Source: Haliotis rufescens
Taxonomy: Eukaryota
Direction: 5' to 3'
Assembly: GCF_023055435.1 (NCBI RefSeq)
Contig: NW_025964223.1
Coordinates: 25,234,001 to 25,298,000 of the forward strand
Length of the DNA: 64,000 nt
The notes below the pieces were generated by a model. It worked only from the letters and a program-made list of their open reading frames with translations. It had not been told where the DNA came from and did not search any database. The translations under genes and the position numbers were made by a program. Positions within the stretch are counted from its first letter, which is position 1. Each line of letters begins with the position of its first letter. Positions 1 through 12,000 of the stretch are shown here, piece after piece.

Positions 1-740
1 CAGCCCAGCCAGTTGAGCTACGGTAATACCACATTGAAACAAGATTACAAATTCTACAATGCAACTGAGGTTTGTGAGATAAGGAAGATATGAGAATTCA
101 CCATGTTATTCTAATACGAACAGAATATAACTGGCTAAAGTAATAAACAACAAAATAATTCATGCAAACAACACTAATACACATGCAAAATACAAACCAA
201 TCGTGTTAATGTTCAACAACATCAAATTACAGTTCAAGACACATTTTTATTTCTATGAGAGAAATTTGAAAATTATTCAGGGAAATCTTTAACCAATTGG
301 AATGAAATTAAAAACACAACAAGGGTTACTATACTCCATGGCCCATTTGTTCCAAGTGTATAGACGTTTACCTCAAGGAGTTTTGACAATCGTCATATAC
401 GTCTTGATATCACTGGTTCAAGTTGGTGAGTCAGTGAGCTATGTTTACTGCTGATGTAAACAATATTTCCATGACATCACTGCATCAAAGACAAACGTCA
501 TAAACGTCTACCACTTGGTGAAACTCACAAGGACCTATAGGAATAGGTGATATGGTGCCATCAGACTAATGATGATATCATAATCTGAGATTAGAAACCT
601 CTCTTGGCAGATCCTGGGTCAATATTCTATACAGCAAATATCAGCATCATAGGCCTCTGGGCAACAGGTGCCCCATGTTGAAGATACCACAAACCTTCCA
701 ACAGGGTTCAAAAAGAATAGTAGCTTTTTTTTAAAAAGAA

Positions 741-1001
741 GTCCACAGTATAGATAGTGTGTGACACTGGCAGAGGTTTTAAGCTACTGGGAGTGGTTGA
801 GGGTTTTGGTGTACTCAATGTAAGGTATGCTGGTCCACTGTATAGATAGTGGGTGACACTGGCAGAGGTTTTAAGCTACTGGGAGTGGTTGAGGGTTTTG
901 GTGTACTCAAGGTAAGGTGTGCTGGTCCACTGTATAGATAGTGTGTGACACTGGCAGTGATGTAAGCTACTGGGGGTGAGTGAGGGTTTTGGTGTGCTCA
1001 A
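741..1001. repeat. 92-bp tandem repeat, ~2.8 copies
   Basis: Unit starts GTCCAC at 741, 833 and 925. Confidence 0.9.
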
Positions 1002-1175
1002 TTTAACAAACACAAACATGCGAAGCAAAGGAACTAAAAAAATCTACCCAACAGAAACTATACTTCATCAACATGCTAACTCACTTCCTGACTTCTTAAC
1101 TCTTCTATGCATAACGACATGAGATTGTTATGGAAAACATCTTCCTCAATGTTGGTCATGATATTTCAGTGGAGA

Positions 1176-2245
1176 GTAAACATCTACCCACTCAACAACT
1201 CTACACGGCTCACAACAGAACACTGTACCCATGTGGGGAGTGGAAACACCGGGCATTGGAGGGTGCAAGTAAACAGCTACCCACTCAACAACTCTACACG
1301 GCTCACAACAGAACACTGTACCCATGTGGGGAGTGGAAACACCGGGCATTGGAGGGTGCAAGTAAACAGCTACCCACTCAACAACTCTACACGGCTCACA
1401 ACAGAACACTGTACCCATGTGGGGACTGGAAACACCGGGCATTGGAGGGTGCAAGTAAACAGCTACCCACTCAACAACTCTACACGGCTCACAACAGAAC
1501 ACTGTACCCATGTGGGGACTGGAAACCCGGGGCATTGGAGGGTGCAAGTAAACAGCTACCCACTCAACAACTCTACACGGCTCACAACAGAACACTGTAC
1601 CCATGTGGGGAGTGGAAACCCGGGGCATTGGAGGGTGCAAGTAAACAGCTATCCACTCAACAACTCTACACGGCTCACAACAGAACACTGTACCCATGTG
1701 GGGAGTGGAAACCCAGGGCATTGGAGGGTGCAAGTAAACAGCTACCCACTCAACAACTCTACACGGCTCACAACAGAACACTGTACCCATGTGGGGAGTG
1801 GAAACCCCGGGCATTGGAGGGTGCAAGTAAACAGCTACCCACTCAACAACTCTACACGGCTCACAACAGAACACTGTACCCATGTGGGGAGTGGAAACAC
1901 CGGGCATTGGAGGGTGCAAGTAAACAGCTACCCACTCAACAACTCTACACGGCTCACAACAGAACACTGTACCCATGTGGGGAGTGGAAACCCCGGGCAT
2001 TGGAGGGTGCAAGTAAACAGCTACCCACTCAACAACTCTACACGGCTCACAACAGAACACTGTACCCATGTGGGGAGTGGAAACCCAGGGCATTGGAGGG
2101 TGCAAGTAAACAGCTACCCACTCAACAACTCTACACGGCTCACAACAGAACACTGTACCCATGTGGGGAGTGGAAACCCAGGGCATTGGAGGGTGCAAGT
2201 AAACAGCTACCCACTCAACAACTCTACACGGCTCACAACAGAACA
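1176..2245. repeat. 93-bp minisatellite, ~11.5 near-identical copies
   Basis: Unit GTAAACAGCTACCCACTCAACAACTCTACACGGCTCACAACAGAACACTGTACCCATGTGGGGAGTGGAAACMCNGGGCATTGGAGGGTGCAA; starts at 1176, 1269 and onward. Confidence 0.97.
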
Positions 2246-2306
2246 GTTACATAAAATGGACAAAGAAGTCTTGATATCTCACTTTCTATGCAACACATTA
2301 AACCTT

Positions 2307-2988
2307 TTACTGAACCACCTGGTTGACAGAGGAAGATATAGTGGCTGTCTTGACATGGGCTGCAGTGAGTTTACTGAACCACCTGGTTGACAGAGGAGGA
2401 TATAGTGGTTGTCTTGACATGGGCTGCAGTGAGTTTACTGAACCACCTGGTTGACAGAGGAGGATATAGTGGTTGTCTTGACATGGGCTGCAGTGAGTTT
2501 ACTGAACCACCTGGTTGACAGAGGAGGATATAGTGGTTGTCTTGACATGGGCTGCAGTGACTTTACTGAACCACCTGGTTGACAGAGGAGGATATAGTGG
2601 TTGTCTTGACATGGGCTGCAGTGAGTTTACTGAACCACCTGGTTGACAGAGGAGGATATAGTGGTTGTCTTGACATGGGCTGCAGTGACTTTACTGAACC
2701 ACCTGGTTGACAGAGGAGGATATAGTGGTTGTCTTGACATGGGCTGCAGTGACTTTACTGAACCACCTGGTTGACAGAGGAGGATATAGTGGTTGTCTTG
2801 ACATGGGCTGCAGTGAGTTTACTGAACCACCTGGTTGACAGAGGAGGATATAGTGGTTGTCTTGACATGGGCTGCAGTGAGTTTACTGAACCACCTGGTT
2901 GACAGAGGAGGATATAGTGGTTGTCTTGACATGGGCTGTAGTGAGTTTACTAAACCACCTAGTGGACAGAGGAGAAAACAGTGGTTGT
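2307..2988. repeat. 64-bp minisatellite, ~10.6 copies
   Basis: Unit TTACTGAACCACCTGGTTGACAGAGGAGGATATAGTGGTTGTCTTGACATGGGCTGCAGTGAST; starts at 2307, 2371 and 2435. Confidence 0.97.
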
Positions 2989-3093
2989 ACCAATCCCACA
3001 GTGCAGCAACAGGAAACAGCCATGCACCATGCTCCAGGAAACAAGAACAGCGTGCTTAATAGAAAGATTTCTACTTGCATTTGGCACCGGTAC

Positions 3094-6000
3094 CTTCTCA
3101 GGGGTGAGACACTTCATGTTGGTGGTCCTCATCACGTGTTGTAGGAACTCGTGAAGGTCAAGGATGTTGGTGTTGACCGCAACCTTGTTCTCCCACTCAA
3201 ACTCCGCCCACATCTGGCGGAACTCAGAGTCGGTGCAGCTGGCGGGCACGATGTAGTCCATGATGTCAATGTGGATGTCGTTGAGGACTACACAGTTGCG
3301 GTCACTTGCTGCACCTGTCACATCGTACACTGTGGATAGGAAAAGGAAAAAGGTCAGATTAAACCATATATCACTATCAGTTGTGTGATAGTGGATCTAA
3401 TCAAATTTGTCACAGGAAAAATTAACATTCATTTCTTCTTTACATCATGACAATGTTAGATTCATCTGGAAGCCTTGTTGTTTATACAGCTCATAAGGGA
3501 ACTCTCACTTCAATTTGTTGGATGAATCATTAACCATGAACAAAGACAAAAATACATCAGTAAAACAAACACCTAACAAATCACATGTGAACAACAAAAA
3601 GCCTGGAAATATTAGTCTGCACTGAACAACACCAGTAACATATCTCACCAATATTTCCAAAGATGATTCCATTCTCTGTAGAGGCGACCTTGACATTGGC
3701 CTTGATGTTACAGAAGTCGTGAGGAGCCATGGTAAGAGGTTGGGGTTTTTCCACCAGCTTCAAGTCACCTGCAATGTGGGGTAGATATTACAGTCAAGTC
3801 TCGTTAATCCGACATTTGTTAATCCGACACTAATGATGGGAACTGTTTAAATCAGTGCTATTTTGACCCGTTAATCTCTCACTCCCGACTCCGACACACG
3901 TAATTTGCAACAAATTACTGAAATCACTCATATCTTGTTAATCCGACATAGTGATCAGTGTACTCCTCGGTCATCTGCCTGCGAGTACACAGCCCATGTT
4001 TTGAATAAGTCATAGAGTCCGTAACAGTTGTTTTGTGTTAAGCTTTAGAGGTTGCATGATTAGAAAACATATTCTGCTAACAATGTAACATAACAATATG
4101 AATATTTATTTTTTTATTACGTGTTTGTATCATTAGCTATTGTGTAGTTCTCCGATTTTATATCACGAACGTTGATACTACGTAGTTTCGTTAATCCGAC
4201 ATAATCACATTCAACCAACTATGTCAGATTAGCGGGACTTGACTGTACATGGTGGCGGTGAATGTTTCTTCATACTATTGTGGAAGGGAAAACCTAATTA
4301 TAGGTTTCTGTAAAGGTTGTTCTTCCTTGTTCCCCCAGTGATGACTAAATAGATCACCCAGATGTAGCATACCAAAGAGGAAGTGGATGCATCTGACAAT
4401 TTTCATCACCCAGCAGACAGGTGTATTCTGCCTCTATCCTTGAACTACTATTTACACTGCATGTTTCCAGGTGCAGTGGGCGTACAAAGAAAGTGATCAC
4501 TCTATGGCACATCCTACTTAAACACATACACAACCCTGACAAGACAAGTTCAGGAGTTGGCCCCTGGGATTCTGGCGATCTTACCAAGAGTAGCCAGCTC
4601 CAGGGTGAGGTTCTGCAGGGTGTCTGACGTCTGGTTGACAATGAGGACGTCCAAGACAATGTCGTACTGGTTCACGTTCACGTATGCCTCCGCGTACACA
4701 GGGTCGGAGAAGCCAGTCAGCTGAGTCACCTGGAACACAAAAGCTACTGCATTAAACATCACGTATCAGTGTTTCCTTGAATACTAGCTGGACACAAATA
4801 TCAGTATGAACTCTTCATATGATAAGACATAGCATGTACTGATCAGATAAAGCATCAATCGTTGAATGTGATATGCAGCAGTCAGCAAAATATTGTACGG
4901 TGCAAACATCAAGCCTGGACCAACCAAACCAGTGACTGACAGCATGAACAACAATCCATTAGGAAACAAACATTTGTACTTTGTTATCATCTGATCCCCA
5001 TATTATTCAGCATTGTGTCTCTTGCAACATCACAGCCGGTGTGTGTAATGTTAGAGGAAAGCTCATAGTGATGCAGGTCTTGAACCTTTACCTCTGTGGA
5101 GAAACTAGCGGGCACAATCTGGAAATTGAGTCCCAATCATAGGTGCATCGTGATTTGTAGCATGTTAGAAAGCTGTGCCACCTGAGCCTGCCCTACTGAA
5201 GAAGCCTGAAGTGTAACGTCACCTTGTTGAGCTTTGACGCTCCGGCAGGGTCGGCATCCTTCTTGTTGCTCATCCCAAGAGCCTGAGACAGGGTCAGCTC
5301 AAACATGTTCTGAATAATATAAAAATGATTGTTGAAAGAAAACATCATGTATACTAAGATAAAGAAAATACTGGAATCAGTGACAATAGTGGTGCAGGAT
5401 ATCACCAGAGAGAGGTAGTTTAAATATCATCCAAATTCCTAACATCTGGAACATGTCTTACTTACCTCCCCTGTGCCAAGTTCAGCCCTGTTGACGAGCT
5501 GGGTGAAGGAGATGGGGTCATCAGCTTGAACCTTCACCACTTTCTTCTGTGCAGCCTGAAAGATGAATTCCACTAATGACTTCCACAGAATGGCTGGATG
5601 TATAATGTCGAATAAAGTAAATGTTCAATTTGATACTGCCTTTTCTCTGAGGGCGGTTGCCTAGTGGTTAAAGCATTCACTTGTCATGAGGAAGACTCAG
5701 GTAAGATTCCCCACATGGGTACAATGTATGAAGCCCATTTCAGCTCCTACGTCATGATATTGCTCTGAGCCAGTGTTCCTTTGCTGGGATCATTATTTGC
5801 CATTGACATGATCAGTGTTAAATTTTTGTAAATTATTCTCATAATATCTGAAGCACTTGAAGATTCCTCTGTACATATGTTCAAGATATTCAGGATATTT
5901 GTATGTTCATTACCTCAATGTAGTCAGATCAGATCAGCCACATCTATTACCTCTTGCTGTGCCCTCTCCTCTTCAATCTTGGCTGCCAGCATCAGTGACA

Positions 6001-9000
6001 GGGACCCTCGACACTGGTTGTTGAAAATGTCGGTCATGAGCTCCGACTTCTCAGCCAGCACACGCAGGCACATCGCAATACGATCAATGTCATCATCTGT
6101 GATGGGCTGTAACACACAAACACAAACAACATTGATTTCATACAGAAGACTCCTGTCAAAGTTAGGGGAGCAAGGAAGACCTTGATATAAACAAATATCC
6201 TCTTTGTTTGTCTGACGTTGATATTTCCATGAGCCACGTCCGAGTCACAGGATGAGATAATGTTATTTAACACGAAAAGACATTGTGGTACAGAAGGGAG
6301 TGGTGTCATTCACTCAAGTGATATATCCATTTTATATTTTGTGACATATACATTTAATCATTTAATCACCAAATACATGATGAGTAAAGAAGATTGTTCA
6401 TTGACTCAGGCTGAAAGTTATGTGACATTGAACATTACTTTCTTGGAAAACACTGACCTTGGTAGGAAGTCCTGATTTGCCCAGATGGATGATGGTTGCC
6501 ATGATGAGCATGGACTCTGCCACAAAGGCCTGCACAGAGAGAAGTAGTTACAGTCAGGCTGGTGGAAGGGTCAGTATTAGGCAGGTTTCTTAAAACTTTC
6601 TGCACATCACTGTCCATACTTCACATACAGTATGATTCTCCATCTCAATTAACTATGTATGCTACTCACAACTAGTTAAAGAACACCCAGTATTGGAAGG
6701 CTGTGTTGCAATATCCACCAGCCATGACAGATTAACTATAGACATATGGAAAAATAAGTAAGGATAAGAATTTATGGATGAACAACTTCTTTTTTACAAT
6801 TAAGAGCGACGTTTCGGTGTAGGTTCTAACACTGTTATCAAGCAAGTGCAAGGTGTTAGAACCTGCACCAAAACATCGCTCTTAATTGTAATAAAGAAGT
6901 TGTTCATCCATAAATTCTTATCCTTACTTAGTACTCCAACTTCTAAATGCCTATCAAAGAAGAAAAAAAATCAGGTGTTGTTTAACTTCTTTTCAGCAGT
7001 ACATATATGTCCGCTTTGTGGTGTAGTAGCCACGTTTGTCTGTTTTAACTAACATAATGGAGCTATTTACAACACATGGAAATCCCCTGCACCCTACTCC
7101 TTGGGCAGCTCATGACCACTGCCTGAAACAATGTGTAGAGAAGATGTCTGCCAGGGTATCACTGGGTATGGCATGTGTTGCCATTTGTGTGATGCTGATG
7201 CAATCAGATCACTCACTTGTTTGAGCATTCATTGGTTTCACTGTCACTTGAACCAGGCCAAGCCTTGATTTGTTGGTAAAACTGCTAATCAGACAAGTGT
7301 ATTCACGGGTGCATGTAAAAACCTTTGAAGTATTGACGATGTCTGCAAAGGGATCAACCTTGGACCCATTCAAACATCCCTCCTCACCTGAGGAATGACT
7401 TCAATAGCCACTTCTCTAACAAACACTTAATACAGTCCATCACGAAAACTGCTTTGTGGATTGCTTCTCACCAGGAGTGAATGAGTGAGTGAGTGACCTT
7501 TCAGCAATATTCCAGCAACATAAATGGGCACACATTGTACCCATGTAGGGAATCAAACCCAGGACTTCGGAGTGAAGGGTAAATGCTGTAACCAATTGAC
7601 TACTCTACCATCCTTTCTGATAAGGAAGATGTTCTCACATTTTGTCTCTTGACATCCTTGTTGATGTTGATGTATCGGAGACACAGCTTGGTGAGAGTTG
7701 TGGCTAGGGCGGCACCAGTGAAGAACTCTCCATCCATCAGATACTGCCGCATGGTGGGTCTGGGAACACAAGCATAGGCTCATCACTGGTGCAAGCCAAC
7801 TGAGATGTAATGCTGCAGTTTAACATGAATACCTCACTCAGACACAGTATACTGACCCCGAGCCGACCAGTCCTTGTTTTAGCCCCTTAATGCCGAGTGC
7901 CAGACAGGGTAACAACAAGTACCATCTTTTAACGTCTTTTGGTATGACGTGGGGGAATGAACACTGGACCTTCCGCTCGTCCAGTGGACGCTTTACCACT
8001 AGACCACAGAGACGGTCTTAGGTATAGCAGTAACATAGAGTTATTAACTATTTTCAGGATTCAACCCATCCATATTACCTGCATTAAAAACTAATGATGA
8101 AAGTTCTCAATTTTGACGGGTCCTCAATTCACTAATGTTAAAACTTTAGGGTCCCTAATTAAACAAAAGCTTAAATAACCACAGGACCCCCAAATGACTG
8201 ACATTGACTTTTCAGCAGACTTTGATAGGTTAAATCACTTCACTGAATGCCATCGAAACAATATTTAAATGTGACACGAGCCAATCCTATGCTACCCTAC
8301 CACCCCTCAGTGAATTCAATATTAATGTTGAGATATACATTTGGTTGCATTAGAGCAGTGTCTGCTGAAGGATATCTTTCAGTTTGATGATGATTGGTGT
8401 TCCCTAAACTTCAGTTTCTGTGTTACCTCTCCTCCTTCTTGGAGCTGGATGTTGCGCTGAAAGCACTCTGGGTGGCGTACGTCCCATCAGCCGTCACCAG
8501 TCTCTGTACTCCACCGCCGGTCTGCATCTCTACACGGGGGAACAACAAGGGAAAGTGAGTTGAGATTAATGTTGCTTCAAGCATGATTTACTTACTTACT
8601 TAATTACGATGTCAGAGGAAAGTGATGTCCAAAGTGATGCAGGTCTTAGACACTTGCCACTGGGGAATGGTCCTCACCATGACCACTATAGTACATGAGG
8701 ACCTATTCTGCCACGACTGAGTGAGGAGATATCACAGCTTTGAACAGTATTTCAGTTATATCACAGCATGTCAGCTTGATGTGGGAGGGCCTGAAATGAT
8801 GCAGGTCTTACCACCTTGGTGAAATCAATGAGCACAAGTATGGCGCTGACAAACCAAGAAACAGTCATGATGATCCAGGACACAAATCCCAATTCACATC
8901 CAATGCCAAAGGGATGCAACTCTGTGCAGCAACTTTCAGGGCCTCAGATGTGTGGGCCACCCATGTCCCTAAGCTGGCCAGGAACCTATACGAGGAACAT

Positions 9001-12000
9001 TGATGACACATCTGTTGCAATATGGAGGCTACAAGTTTCCTCACCTTCCTCCTTCACTTCTCCAGCAGCCTTCTTGATCTCATCATCAACAATCGGGATC
9101 TACAACACAAACAACAACACAGATAACAAAAGAAGACAGTCATTTCCATGAGGAGGTTACGAGTTGCCTTTAGCAATATTGCAGGTATATCATTGCCTGG
9201 TGGTGGACAGCTGCTACAGAGAAGCAGGACATGTGAGGGCTGTGTGTACATACATCTCCCAGGGCCTGTCTGATGAGGGTCATCACCAGCTGGATGTCCT
9301 CGGAGCTTGTGCAGTATTCTCCCAGGATCCACAGCGCGGCTCGGTGAATCCTGGAAACACACATACATCCTGTTCAGCGACATCTTGTACAGCATTAAAA
9401 AACTAAGAAACCTAAGCACTGAGAAACCTGGTCCTATGACATGAAACAACCTAAATTCTCAAACAGAAGCTGATATATATGATAAAAATTTGCATTATCA
9501 GATAAAAAAGATGACTCAGTTGGAACATATGGTGAGAGTTGTACATTCTGTCGCGACCATACTTTACAATATAAACACGTCACTGACATTTTAGCAAAGT
9601 CAGAACTAAAAAGAAAGGCACATATTAAAATCTGCAACAAATATTGATATATTGCAAAAAACATCAATTGTTACCCCCCTGCAGTGGTATGGTAATAAAA
9701 AATGGGAATAGAAATTTTCTGACTTCAGACCAGGGCCCTGTTCCATAAAACCATCTCAGTGTTAAGACTTGTATCTGCGACACTCTAAGCCAGACTTCCA
9801 TCTAGCCGTGGAAGGGGGCTGAGGGGTGTTAGTTACAGACAGGGACTCACTTCATGGCCTTGATGGTGGGGAACACCTCCAGGAGCTTGCTGATGATAAG
9901 GGTACGCAGCTGCTCGAAGCGCTGGACAGCCTCTCGGACAAACACCAGCACGTCGGCAGCAGCCAGCTCGTTTTGGTCACCCAGGAACTCCATCAGCTGC
10001 AGGAGAGGCACATTACAGTCACAGTGCTCCAACAGGCATTTCTTATCGTTATCTACAGTAAACTACGGTTATGACCAACTCAAAGGGACCACCAATCTTA
10101 GCTCGATATAACTGTAGTTCATGATAAGCATTTTGACCTTTTTACTATTGTTAATTGAGGGTAAAATTGAGGACAAGGTGTTGGTACTTAATCCATCTAA
10201 TCACTTGCCTTCAATATTATTGCCATTTTGAACAACCGTGCGTGACCATGGATGTTTTGATAGGCTGACTGGTGACACATGAGCAGCTCAGAGATTAACA
10301 GTTTGTTTTAAACTGCATTGTCATCGAAAAAACAGTTTGTTATATCTGTCAATTCGTTCATCATAAACATTGTTTACTGCATATTAAATATAGGATGTCA
10401 TAATGCTGTATACAAATCATTTTAATATACGTTTGCTACAGTTTATATTAATGACTTAAACTTGAACTTGTTTTCTAATTTCAATTAAACAATGACCTGA
10501 AATAAGGGAACTCATTTTAGACGAGAGGTTGAAAGTTAACTGATGACAGCTGGATGAACAGAATGGACATTGTGCCTTGCAATAAGGTTACTTTGATTTT
10601 TGTTCCTGATGAGCTCAAAGTGCACATCATAAAGCAGCATTTACTCTATCCTTTAACTCAACTAATTACAAAAGTGAACAGTTGTATAAAGAGCACCACT
10701 GGTATGACTGCATGAGATGATGTTTGACTCACCACTGGTATGACTGCATGAGATGATGTTTGACTCACCACTTATATGACTGCATGAGATGTTTGACTCA
10801 CCCCTGGTATGACTGCATGGGATGATGTTTGACTCACCACTGGTATGACTGCATGATATGTTTGACTCTCCAATGGTATGACTGAATGAGATGATGTTTG
10901 ACTCACCACTGGTATGATGACTGGAGCAACATCGGGGAACTTGACGCTGCACTGATGGAGCGTGCGGACGAGGAGCTGGCGGTACTTCCCCGTGTCCTCA
11001 TGCTCAACATTGTTTGTCTTCACCACTTCCTTCTTCAACACCAACACCATCTGACAGACACAACATACAGCGCGTTACAACCTCTACACCAAGACATCCG
11101 GGTGTGACAGGGCGGGTACAGCAACATCAGTCAAACAGATATTCTGTAGCCTTGTTGTATGAAGTAGATGCCAGTGCAGTTGCATGGCAAGCTCTTGTAC
11201 AAGGTGACTGTAGGACTATGACATGCTATAACATAGGCTTGCAATGACCACAGCACTCCAGTTGCTATGTGCAGGTGGTCAATGAATGTAAGTCATGACA
11301 TGATAATGGTGTTTGAATTGTTTTATGATATTTGTATTCAGTCAGAGGTCAGATTAATGAAAATGCTTAGGATTACCAAAATATGGTGTCTCATCTAGCT
11401 TGTAAGATAAGGGTGCGTTGCAAATCACCAATCACTTGCAAGCTATGTACACCGATTGACCTTACCACGGGGTGACCAACTTTCGGAGGCTTGCAATCTA
11501 CCAATTGCTGGCTGAGGTGTCTTTGATATCAAAGCAAAATGGCGACAGAGTTTGACAGTGGAACAAGAAATTCTTGACTGGATCAACTGTCTGCTCCACA
11601 TCTTCGAAGTAGTCACAAATTCATCAGCTCCTCATCAAGCATCTTCTATTATGTTCTTCATTAGGTCAAGGCAACCAAGCAGTAGTTGCGCCACCATTTT
11701 GGAAGAGTGTGCAAGTGCTTCGAGCTGTTGCAGACCCTAATAAATAATTTGCTTACTCTAAGCCATTCATGGCTTGCAACGTGCCCAACATTCCTTGTGA
11801 ATGTCTCAACATTCCCTTTTGGAACATCCTAGTAACCTTTTCTTTTCATTCTAAATAAAAAGTCTCCTGATTCTAGACTTAACATTAAGTATTGACGTTG
11901 ATGTCAAAATGCAAGATGTGAAAGGTGTTGTCACAGAGTGTGAACCATTCATTCCGCACCACCTCTCACAGTCTATAACCATGAGAAGGAACTGAGGCTG

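Noticed and set aside
1107-2390. Long repetitive ORFs (427, 374 and 350 aa)
   Set aside because: By-product of a 93-bp (31-codon) unit lacking stops in three frames; intronic, SINE-like in origin, no domain features.
1176-2988. CRISPR-like regular repeats
   Set aside because: No unique spacers, no cas genes, eukaryotic context.
2959-3093. COPB1 ending by read-through after TPEK
   Set aside because: A GT donor follows TPEK and the conserved C-terminus (GEDALAN...) is absent, so the last exons lie outside the window.
8090-8205. Box C/D snoRNA candidates in COPB1 introns
   Set aside because: ATGATGA and CTGA occur, but I saw no terminal stem or recognisable rRNA guide.
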